40,092 nucleotides of DNA, from positions 1-40,092 of the forward strand of contig CBDCLR010000005.1 of NCBI GenBank assembly GCA_965218695.1, read 5' to 3'. Under the pieces are notes generated by a model. It did not search any database. It was not told the origin of the DNA and saw only the letters and a list, made by a program, of their open reading frames with translations. The position numbers and the translations under genes were made by a program. This DNA is from Nitrosopumilus sp. (lineage in GTDB: Archaea > Thermoproteota > Nitrososphaeria > Nitrososphaerales > Nitrosopumilaceae). Position 1 is the first letter of the stretch. Each line of letters begins with the position of its first letter. Positions 1 to 8,958 of the stretch are shown in pieces.

Positions 1-150
1 ACAGTTCTGATCGCTTGTAATGCCATTATCACGCGGGTTCAGGGCTCTGCGGGCCGTCATGTATGACCAGATCCGTGCCTGGGACCGTAGTTGCGTATCA
101 GATGCCATGGCGGCCGGGCCCGGCATGGCCGTCCAGTGTCCGTGATGCCA
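1..150. repeat. Dispersed non-coding repeat family A, copy 1 (may extend beyond the window start)
   Basis: ttctgatcgcttgt...attatca...ggtt(c/t)agggc(t/c)ctgcgggccgt aligns by eye with 5654-5830 and 23046-23222 in direct orientation. Confidence 0.85.
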
Positions 151-407
151 GATTGTAGTCGCGCATGCGCCAAGCGCCCAATTTTAGTCCCACAGAGTTC
201 GTCAGGGGCGACCACACGACATGCATCTTGGTCACGTGCTAGGAGCTCAATTTTACAGCCCCGTCGGGGCGCCAGTAGCTTTACAGCCCCTTAAAAACAG
301 TATATGTATATAGCTATAATGAAGCATTGTGACATGGTCTGTCTTCGCGATGACAGGTTAAGGAGCTGTTAACTCTGACAGCAAGTCAACAGGGTTCGCA
401 CCAGAAC

Positions 408-1148
408 TTGGATGATTGGGAGGTTGAGCTCCTCAGGGCTACAACGTTTATTCACGCTCGTTCTATGGACAAGATCGCCGAAGACAAGTGGTGGGAAAAG
501 GTCAACGGAGGCAACCCCGATAATGAACAGATCAATTATCAACTAGGAATGAAAGTGCAAGGAGGAGTGGTTGGTGGCAACGGCTTGACGGTTCAGAGCC
601 AATCTAATCGGGTCGACTGGATGCTTACAGCCGGAAAACAGGCACCGAATGAGCCTTTGCAGAACACAATCGGATCCCTATCTGGTGCGTTGGAAACTCT
701 TCTTGACGTTGCAAAACGCTGGTTGAAGGTGTGTCCCCCGTCTAACCGATTGGCATTTGGAGCAGGTCTAGTAAGACAAGTCAGCGACGGGCGCAGAGGC
801 TGTGAGGAGATCTTGCGGTTTCTCCCGAGCCTGAATCTGAGTCTTGACAATGCCTTAGACCTAGTTTACCAGATTAATCGCCGCAAGGAATCCGCATCTG
901 GCACTGGTATGACGATTAATCGCATAAGCAAGTGGTCGGTAGTACAGATCAATACTATTGGGCTTACTGTAAGTGATGCAGGTGCCAGTATCTCTCCGCC
1001 GGAACAGGAACGTTATGCCCGTAGGCTTGACTTGGACATTAACACGGTTCCTTCAGACGACAACATTCCTACAGACAACACCTACGCCATATTCCAAGAA
1101 TTAACAAAATACGGATGCGAGATAGCTAGCAAAGGAGATGTTGCGTGA
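408..1148 (+). CDS. Hypothetical protein, possibly TIGR04255-related; first gene of a 3-gene toxin operon
   Basis: 246-aa ORF with TTG start (uncertain); N-terminal WEVELLRATTF and C-terminal RLDLDINT; GTGA overlap with the next gene. Confidence 0.75.
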   Translation: MDDWEVELLRATTFIHARSMDKIAEDKWWEKVNGGNPDNEQINYQLGMKVQGGVVGGNGLTVQSQSNRVDWMLTAGKQAPNEPLQNTIGSLSGALETLLDVAKRWLKVCPPSNRLAFGAGLVRQVSDGRRGCEEILRFLPSLNLSLDNALDLVYQINRRKESASGTGMTINRISKWSVVQINTIGLTVSDAGASISPPEQERYARRLDLDINTVPSDDNIPTDNTYAIFQELTKYGCEIASKGDVA

Positions 1149-1942
1149 ACTCCACACTTTCTACCTTGACAGATCAGCAACATGATGTGCGGGAATTGAG
1201 TCATGCGAGTACGTCGTTGCGCTTTCATTCCCCAAGTGATCAGGCGGTATCAACCGAAAGTGAAGGTACAATGATGGCAGTAGGATTGCTTGAATGGACA
1301 CTCTGCCACAACATCGGGGAAGACATTAACCCTCGCAACATCTCCAATTCTGCTCTGACTATGCAGGAGAAAGAACTGCTGTACCTGCGTAATATGCGTA
1401 TGTTGTATTTTTCTCACTCTCGCTTGTCCGGTGAGATGGATTTAGGTGTGTCCAATCAGCGCAGTACTTGGCTCTCCCCTAATGAGACAAAGATTGCAAA
1501 GCCCGAACTAGATCTGGAGAATCTCTTGGTCGACATACTGAACAAGCTGTTCAGAAACTCGCTTGACGAAACATTTGAAGACGGCATGGACAGTTCTTTC
1601 GGCGATAGCTTGAACCGCATCGTTCTGGCTTACGGCAGGTCAGCCATCCATGCGCTTAGGATAGTGATGCACATGAATATGGATGGTGAGGTTGTGGAAG
1701 AAGCGTTAAGGCAGATAGGTCGTATGAAGGATGTAAGAACCCACTACCACAGACTAGCTTTGCTAGAGCATAAACTTGCGTCGCCCAACTCACGCACTCG
1801 TGACGCGGCTCTGATTGGCATAGAGTCCATGGATGATCCTGCAGCTATCTCAAGTCTTCAAAGGGCCATCAGCCGCGAGAAGTACGGGCGGCTGCAACAA
1901 AACATTAAGGCAGTGTTAGATCAACTACAGAATGCTCAATGA
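1145..1942 (+). CDS. Protein with C-terminal HEAT-like repeats, putative antitoxin
   Basis: 265 aa; AAAGGAG SD-like motif at 1131-1137; HEAT-like helices (VVEEALRQIG...RTRDAALIGIESMDDPAAISSLQRAI); ATGA overlap with the next gene. Confidence 0.75.
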   Translation: MNSTLSTLTDQQHDVRELSHASTSLRFHSPSDQAVSTESEGTMMAVGLLEWTLCHNIGEDINPRNISNSALTMQEKELLYLRNMRMLYFSHSRLSGEMDLGVSNQRSTWLSPNETKIAKPELDLENLLVDILNKLFRNSLDETFEDGMDSSFGDSLNRIVLAYGRSAIHALRIVMHMNMDGEVVEEALRQIGRMKDVRTHYHRLALLEHKLASPNSRTRDAALIGIESMDDPAAISSLQRAISREKYGRLQQNIKAVLDQLQNAQ

Positions 1943-2436
1943 GGCAATTCCTTAGAACTGTCAGGCAGGCAAGATGGCACAAGTATCCGGAAATAGCTTG
2001 GTTGGTAGAAGGCGAGCTTCAGGGTGACGTTCTTACCGATATGAGTACTGATAGAGGTAGACTGTCCGTTTACAGGATTAACAACGAGGATGACTTGCAG
2101 CGTGTGATTACTGCATTGGCGGCCACCAGAGACAATATGGCAAATCTAGACTATGCTATATTTGAAGACTCTGAACTTGGCTCGCTTGGAATTACAATCA
2201 GCCAGACTGACGGAAATACGGCGGATATAACAACCAATGGGCTACACTACGAGCTTGGAAATTTATCGGCAAGGCGGCTCGCCAGATTGGCCGAAGTTGT
2301 CTCTGCCGGCAACCATGATCGAGTACCAGAGAAACTGATTAGAGCATGGTTACAGGATGCTGCAAGTACTGGTCATTTGGATAGAACAAAAATTAAATCC
2401 GAAAAAATGCAGAATGCATTGCAATGGTACGCGTAG
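1939..2436 (+). CDS. Putative ADP-ribosyltransferase-fold toxin, CmdT-like
   Basis: 165 aa; FLRTVRQARW...DVLTDMSTDRGRLSVY...ALAA...G(N)T...HYEL pattern resembles the R...LSxW/Y...H layout of CmdT-like ART toxins as recalled, not searched. Confidence 0.6.
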   Translation: MRQFLRTVRQARWHKYPEIAWLVEGELQGDVLTDMSTDRGRLSVYRINNEDDLQRVITALAATRDNMANLDYAIFEDSELGSLGITISQTDGNTADITTNGLHYELGNLSARRLARLAEVVSAGNHDRVPEKLIRAWLQDAASTGHLDRTKIKSEKMQNALQWYA

Positions 2437-2669
2437 AGATGGACAAAATAATCCGATCACCTTGCCGCCAATAATCCGACAAACTTCGAATTATCAACAA
2501 ACCGACCATTGGGACCTTTCGGGGTAGGTAGGGTACGACCGGCTGCGGCGGTACCGGGCCTAAACAAACAGAACACCCACGAATCCCCCGCACTCCAATG
2601 ATCTCCGCTGCCGGAAAGAACCCCGACGCAGACATATCAAAAGGACGGCTCCCCGGCGGGCGGGCGTTC

Positions 2670-3675
2670 ATGCCAAGAGTGAGCCTAAAGAGACTCACCA
2701 GGATCTGGCAGGAAGAACCCACAAGCAAGACCAAGCAGATGCTCGAGGCCTGCCGCCGCAGGAAGGAGGGTCGGGGCATCCGGGGGACGGCCCGGGAGAT
2801 GGGACTGGCCTACTCAACTGTCCGGGACTGGCTGGTCCGCATGCACGCAGGAAATCCTGGCAGGCGCTTCGACCGCAGGCACACCGGCAGGATGAGGGTG
2901 CTGACAGGCGCCGCTTTGGCGCATATCAAGAGATGGTTGAATGGCAACCCGCAGAGGTACGGATTCGGGGCGGGATCCTGGCAGATTAACATGGTTCTGG
3001 AGATAGTCAGGAAAAGGTTTGGATATCCTGCAGGGTGCGCACGCTCACAAGGGCACCGGGGAGGCTGGGCTTTTCGTACAGCAAGCCTAGGCCGATCTCC
3101 GACAAGTCTGCCTCCAAAGTAGAACGGGAGGAGTTCGAGCAGGAGACCGCGGGCTGCTAGAGGAGATGAACAAGTAGGGCCATGCCGTGACGGCATACGA
3201 CGGGGCGGCCGTCCAGATCTGGTCGGGCGCCAGATACGGGTGGCGGCCTGCCAACGTGCACGACACCATCAGGCGGGGATTCTCCAAAAAGCTCGTAAGG
3301 CTGCTCGGTTCCTTGGGAACCGACGGGTATCACATACGGACCACAGACGCAATCAACTCGGAGACGTTCATCGAGTTCCTGCAGGAGCAGCTCAAGACCT
3401 GCCCCAAATTTGTCATGGTCCCAGACAGCGCCTCGTGCCACAAGTCCAAGATGGTTACCGAGTTTGTAGAGTCGACTGACGGCGATATCCGGCTGGTGTT
3501 CCTGCCCCCGTACACCCCGCAGCTGAACCCCGCCGAGATGCAGTGGAGCGTGCTCAAGCGGCTGCTCTCGGGCAGGTACTTTCGATCCGTAGGAGAACTC
3601 AAAAAAGCCATAATGGCCCTTGTCGACAGCGGCGAGACGAAACCCGTCAGGTTAATGTCCTACCTGACGCCCTGA
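2670..3675 (+). pseudogene. IS630-family transposase, disrupted
   Basis: HTH part (IRGTAREMGLAYSTVRDWL) at 2670-3020 and DDE part (VPDSASCHKS, FLPPYTPQLNPAEMQW) at 3187-3675, separated by frameshifts and a stop; the first catalytic DE reads DG. Confidence 0.9.
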
Positions 3676-4501
3676 TGTCATCATCCCGCGTGGGAGTGGC
3701 TGCGCGCCTTCTCCAGATCTAGTCCGTACTTTAGGAATAACGGCCCGCAAGGCAGCGTTTTTCAGTTTGAAATTACTTCGTCACACACCCTGTGCAGATA
3801 AAATTCAGAAAATTGTGTAATTTAAAGAGGCAATGAGCGGATTGTTTTGTCCACCCCTATGCATACGGCGCAATTCCTGTTCGTTGACTATATTTTTTAC
3901 TGTTTGCTGTGCCGTGGAGAACAAGCTTGCGCAAGGTTATCCTGATGGCAACACTTTCAGATCGCGGCTGCATAGCAGGAGCCAAAAGCAATCCGATCAT
4001 CCTTGGTCGACTATTGTGCAAACCACGAAATTCCATGAGAAATTTGGTATCGTACCTGTTGCTGGCCGCAGCTCGCCTAATCTATCACATCGCCTAACCG
4101 ATACGCTCAGATCAGGGATCTGCTTCTAGTGCTTGCATGATAGCTATCCTCGAGGAAATGCAACACGGAGATGGTTCCGGCGGTTCCGAAAAGATCGCTT
4201 AGCCAGCCAAGTCCGAGAAGAGGCGGCAGGGCCCCTCGAGTGTCCTGACTGCCTGCCAGGTGCGCCGCCGCGGCGCTCTCCATTGCGGTCTACGTAAACA
4301 GGGACATCCCAAGTACCCCACGTCACGCCCCATGACATCTGGCCCGGCACCTACCTGCGCGGCTCTGCCGTCTTGGCTGTCACCGGAGCAGTCAAAGCTG
4401 GAGGCCTATTTTCTCCCTTTTGGACAAGGTCGGCGATTTTCTGTTAGGGGTTTGGACAACGCCTGGCTATACGATCCGCCTTTATAGCAGATGGTTCGTA
4501 G

Positions 4502-5440
4502 TTGCGCATGGCTCAACTGTCGGGAAGATCTGGCGAGACGGGAACCCCGGAGAAGATCCGGCGCCCCAGGCAGGTCGCTAAGCGGATGACCCCGCACGAG
4601 CTCGCGCACCAATGGATTTGTGCAGTTGGGCCGCGTTTAGGGGACACTGAGCCAAGGCATTTTCAGGCCGAGGTACCGGTGCGGAGGGGTAAGGGCTGCG
4701 TCATGCTGTCCCTCGATTCAAAAAGGGACAAACTGGCAGTTATCTTTGAAAATAAGATGGGCTGTGCAGGCCCGAGCGAGGTGACCTGGTACTACCTTCA
4801 CGCTGATGGTTCTGGACGAAAATACTTCTACAAGACCGGCGAGGACGTGCCCCGGAAGATAACGGACGAGATGGAGCGTAAAATGCTGGTGTACTTGAGG
4901 AGCCTAGTCCCTGACACATTCGACGGGACAGAATCAGAGAAAATAAAGAGAAAGATGATCATGCACCTACAGGATCCGGCCCTTGCGGAGCGCCTTTGCA
5001 TGTTCAAGATCGTAACGAGGGGCGCTGTCAGACGAAAACTCAACTATCTCGAGTCCTTCACTAGTGTCGATATTTACAATAAGGAGCTGAAGAGGGAGCA
5101 CGGCCCAAGGCCGACGTTTCGCGGATTCGGCGGTCTTCCGCCTCCGCGGTACTTGGAATGGGATTCTGTCCTAGAGAAAGAATACTGGAGCCGCCTCAGG
5201 AAGAGAGAGCCAATCCCGCCCGAGGTGTGGCAGCTCTTGGAGGAGGAGCAGGAATATAGGCGCCTCCGTGACAGGAAACATCCTGCTCCCGACGAGCTGC
5301 AGTTTCTCGAATTCAAGGAACGCTACCCTGGCCACCTGTACCGCAGCGCTGCCAGGGACGGTTCGGACAAAGACGGGGATCTTGCGGCAGGATGGGCACC
5401 GGAGAACTCCCGTACGGAAAACCTGCTCAGCGTCGATTAG
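4502..5440 (+). CDS. Hypothetical protein (312 aa, charged)
   Basis: Long ORF with plausible composition and no recognisable motif; start may be ATG 4508 or later. Confidence 0.6.
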   Translation: MRMAQLSGRSGETGTPEKIRRPRQVAKRMTPHELAHQWICAVGPRLGDTEPRHFQAEVPVRRGKGCVMLSLDSKRDKLAVIFENKMGCAGPSEVTWYYLHADGSGRKYFYKTGEDVPRKITDEMERKMLVYLRSLVPDTFDGTESEKIKRKMIMHLQDPALAERLCMFKIVTRGAVRRKLNYLESFTSVDIYNKELKREHGPRPTFRGFGGLPPPRYLEWDSVLEKEYWSRLRKREPIPPEVWQLLEEEQEYRRLRDRKHPAPDELQFLEFKERYPGHLYRSAARDGSDKDGDLAAGWAPENSRTENLLSVD

Positions 5441-5653
5441 GCTACAGCACAGCAGCCGAATTGATACATAGAGGCCACAATAATCCGATCACTTTGCGAT
5501 CGGTAGAGTCCTAGCCTGGAATTTCTCCCGTCGGTACTGACCGATCACGGTTTTCTCGATATTTTCATGGCTGCAATTTCAGAAGTGCCCGAAAGGAAAC
5601 TGTCGGCCTGAGCGACTTACAACTCGAAGTAATTGAAAAGAAAGCAGTTTATG

Positions 5654-5830
5654 ACAGTTCTGATCGCTTGTGACACAATTATCATACTGGTTTAGGGCTC
5701 TGCGGGCCGTTGTATATGGTCAGATCCATGCCTAGAACCTGAGATGCTTGTCAAGTGCCATGTGTGTCGGGTCGGGCAGAGATGTTCAGCGTCCGTGACG
5801 CTGCCATGGTGCTGGCATTCCGGCGTGAAC
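5654..5830. repeat. Dispersed repeat family A, copy 2
   Basis: acagttctgatcgcttgt identical to positions 1-18; similarity continues for about 150 nt. Confidence 0.85.
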
Positions 5831-5853
5831 GCGGCATTTTGTACACTGTTTAA

Positions 5854-5966
5854 CGGGTCTGATGGAATCCACCCACCATACGCGGCTTATTTTGGACCCC
5901 TCTCCCCGTTCTGACTTGCACTGTTTAACCTGTGGGTCATTTTCATCAACATGTACAAACGTAAGG
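5854..5966. repeat. Dispersed repeat family B, copy 1
   Basis: cgggtctg.tggaatccacc...cgcggc.tattttggaccc.t..cccgttctgactt aligns with 28623-28735. Confidence 0.85.
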
Positions 5967-6142
5967 GGTTTGCACTTGGTGCAAGTTTTAGCTCCGCTGC
6001 TCCTGGGAGCTGTGGCTACAGCGTGCATCTGCTATCCAAGCAGGCAAGCGGCGACCCTGGCGCAAGCGCGCATAAGCCGGATGGCCGCAAGCGCTGTGTC
6101 TGCCAGAATGAGTAATATGAAGCGGATCCCTGCGCATGGTGG

Positions 6143-6262
6143 ATGGCTGTAGGCAAGAAAAAGGAGTGCCCCATGTGCGGGCACACGATGATCGACATAC
6201 AGGCCTGCCACGACCTCTGCCCCAACTGCGGCGCCCACCTGGACTGCTCCGACGTCCCGTAG
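6143..6262 (+). CDS. Small archaeal CPxCG-type zinc-finger protein (39 aa)
   Basis: Hand translation MAVGKKKECPMCGHTMIDIQACHDLCPNCGAHLDCSDVP; two CPxCG knuckles plus DCSD; AT-rich TAATATGA about 25-30 nt upstream; below the ORF-track size cutoff. Confidence 0.85.
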   Translation: MAVGKKKECPMCGHTMIDIQACHDLCPNCGAHLDCSDVP

Positions 6263-6433
6263 AGGATCCAAGGACGTGCGAGGCGCGCCGGGGCAATGCC
6301 ATACGTGGACGCGGCATGGGGAGAGAGGTGGGATTCGGGTGCTGCATGTAGGGAATATGGTGCTTCCCAGGGTCTGTTACTGCGGCGCTGTCATACAGGA
6401 TCTACTGCCACATAAATAAGACTTCCGACGTTC

Positions 6434-6677
6434 GGTTCTGTAACATCTTAGGCACCTGAAGGCGGAGCTTCTCCCAGATCAAGTTCTTTGTAATCCTTGA
6501 GTGATAGGCTGAGACGGTGAGATTGGCGGCATGGCCCCAGCCGAGACCGCCCTCATCAAAGTCGATGGTCGGAACAAGTGGGTGACGCTCATACAGAACG
6601 CCGCACTGCATAAAATCCACGGCTAGGCCAGATCGGGAGAAATGCCAGATTTCAAGTGCCTAAGATGTTACAGAACC
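6434..6677 (+). mobile_element. IS6-derived MITE (internally deleted element)
   Basis: 27-bp terminal inverted repeats GGTTCTGTAACATCTTAGGCAC(C/T)TGAA at 6434-6460 and 6651-6677 (1 mismatch); interior 6531-6626 encodes MAPAETALIKVDGRNKWVTLIQNAA, resembling the C-terminal tail of archaeal IS6 transposases. Confidence 0.85.
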
Positions 6678-6690
6678 ACAATGCGTTCAA

Positions 6691-6698
6691 TTTAAATA
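6691..6698 (+). promoter_or_regulatory. Archaeal TATA box (TTTAAATA)
   Basis: Consensus TATA box centred about 25 nt upstream of ATG 6720. Confidence 0.6.
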
Positions 6699-6719
6699 GC
6701 AAACGAAACAATTAAGATT

Positions 6720-6863
6720 ATGGCAAAAGAAGAATCAAAGCCTGCTCAAAGAAAATGGGGCGAAGCAAAATACGCAAGTGTTGAAAAACCAGCACCTGAC
6801 TCTGTTTCTGCATCAGTCATAAGCATGGAGACAGGTAAACCGCGCCCGCCTTCTGGTGATTAG
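6720..6863 (+). CDS. Small hypothetical protein (47 aa)
   Basis: Hand translation MAKEESKPAQRKWGEAKYASVEKPAPDSVSASVISMETGKPRPPSGD; TATA box upstream; stop codon directly abuts the convergent gene's stop. Confidence 0.55.
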   Translation: MAKEESKPAQRKWGEAKYASVEKPAPDSVSASVISMETGKPRPPSGD

Positions 6864-7433
6864 TTATTTTTTAAAATCTTTTTCTAATTTTTTTAACATG
6901 TTATCTATATCTTTGGATAGACTTACCTCATTTTTGTCTATCCAGACATAGTATTTGTAAGTCTTTTTGGGTATTGTGTTACCACGTGCCTCATCTTGCA
7001 TTTTCATAACTAAATCTAGATAATTGTTATGAGTTTTAATCCGGTTGAAGATATTCTGAACCTGTTGCTGTAGTTCTGGTCTTAGAAAATTGATGTGTCC
7101 TGAAAAAATCAAGCTATCATAAAAATCATGATTGAACTGCTTATTCATGAAAAATATCTCTTGTTTATCATCAATTTTGAAGGAATACGCATCTTCCTTG
7201 TGCTTTTCCCTGTCCAGACTCTCAAGTGTGTCTATTAGTTCGGTATAAAGGTTTTTTGACACACGGGCCCTATACTGTTTTTCTTGTTTGTCTTTCTGTA
7301 TTTGTTTTACGACATATGTGATAGCGATAGCACCCAACGAGAGGATACTGCCCAGAGAGGCCACATTCCTCAACATCGGTTGCTCGTCTGCAAGAAATGA
7401 AATTGCCCAATCATGTAAGATCTGAAATTCCAT
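6864..7433 (-). CDS. Single-pass membrane protein, hypothetical (AT-rich)
   Basis: N-terminal TM segment (VASLGSILSLGAIAITYVV) then a helical soluble domain; TATAAA at 7456-7461 on the minus strand favours ATG 7433 over 7445. Confidence 0.75.
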   Translation of the reverse strand: MEFQILHDWAISFLADEQPMLRNVASLGSILSLGAIAITYVVKQIQKDKQEKQYRARVSKNLYTELIDTLESLDREKHKEDAYSFKIDDKQEIFFMNKQFNHDFYDSLIFSGHINFLRPELQQQVQNIFNRIKTHNNYLDLVMKMQDEARGNTIPKKTYKYYVWIDKNEVSLSKDIDNMLKKLEKDFKK

Positions 7434-7699
7434 ACATAATACCATGAAAACTGAGGTTTATACGTGCTTCATCCATGGCAGTGATAAAAGATCATAGGTA
7501 CACCGCCGAGTATAATTTCGTGAACAACTGCCAGATTTGATGCAGGCCCAAAGACAGGATTGCCAAATTTCTTCCAAGCCGCTTGTTATTCTTGTCCCAA
7601 AATACGGGTTCGTTCAGATCCGTGAAGGGTCGCGGGGCGGCCGTTTACCGTTTCCGGACCTGCGTGCGCACGATCCCCTGTGCGCCTGCTGGCGCTTGT

Positions 7700-8695
7700 C
7701 TATGCCTTTCTGTAGAGGTATTTCTCGATGTCGAGTTTTGGCAGGGACGACCTCAGCCACCTGTCGATGTCGCTGCACATGGAGCTGAACCGGACGTACG
7801 GCACGTCCAGGATCGCGTGTTTCATCTGGCGCCACACCTCCTCGACCGCGTTCAGAGCCGGGCAGCCGGGCGGCAGAAACTGCAGCTCCACGCCGTCTAG
7901 GCGCCCGATCTCCTCCCTGACGAATTTCGACCTGTGCTGCGGCGCGCCGTCGGTTATCATCAGGATCTTCCCGAACCTTTCGCATGCGGCCTTCAGGAAC
8001 TCGACAAACTCCTTCCCGGTAAAGGAGCCGTATCTCTGGAAGAACCCCTCCCCGTCCAGCGTGATCAGGCCGAACACGATGGTCTTGGAGTGCGATCCCG
8101 TGTACGTGTAGACGCCGCGGACCCCCTTGGGCGTGTAGATGCCCTTCCTGAGCCGCGCGTTGGCCATGCATATCGCCTCGTCCTGCACGCATGCCGTGCA
8201 GCCGGCCCTCCTCTTCTCCCCTATCAGCGGCCCCCAGCCTCTTGCGGAACCACGCGATCTTCTGCCTGCCTGCTCTCTTCACGTGCCGTACCATCGGAAC
8301 CTTCCTGATGAATCCCCAGCTGCGCAGCAGGAAGCGCGTGTACGGTATCGCATACCCCGTCATGTACTCTATGCCGGAACCGTCGCGAACGATATCGCGC
8401 AGGTCCTCTGCCGTCAGGTAGACTGTCTTTTTTACTTTTTTTTAACGGCCTTCAGGGTCTCGCCTGAGATCCTCGGCGGGCGGCCTGAGCGGGTGCGGGT
8501 CTGCAGGCTTGCAATGCCCTCATTCAGGTACCGGCTGTGCCACTTGACGCCCCATGACGGGGCCATGCCCAGAAAGCGCGCGGCCCCGGTCACGCTCATC
8601 CCGTCTCTCTTCACCAGTACGTTCAGCAATATCCTGTCCCGCACCTGCGGATCCCTCTCAGTCTTGCGAATCTTGAGCATCTGCTTGTATTTCAT
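7700..8695 (-). pseudogene. IS630-family transposase, frameshifted
   Basis: HTH and RSGRPP (8432-8695), A8G slippery run near 8436, middle region WGFIRKVP, extra G near 8232, DDE domain (QDEA, ITDGAPQH, FLPPGCPALNAVEEVW). Confidence 0.9.
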
Positions 8696-8958
8696 GGCCT
8701 GTCTGGACTGTTCTGATCAACGAACCTTTCGCTGCAAGACAAGCCTTGTTCAAATCAGATGGCCGATTCTTGGTTTCCCACTGCTGTGATCTCGCACTTT
8801 TATTCGGCGGTATACACTGTCCTTTTATGCAAGATACTATCAAAATGATTATTGGCAAATAGGCAGGAGAGAAGTATGTGGAAACTATTTTTCATATCCA
8901 ACATAACGCCTCTATTGACACAGCAGTCATTGGCAGGAAGGGGTGGATAAGAGAAATC

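Noticed and set aside
3833-4487. Short ORFs between IS630 and the 312-aa gene
   Set aside because: No motifs, mutually overlapping, no clear promoter; probably decayed sequence
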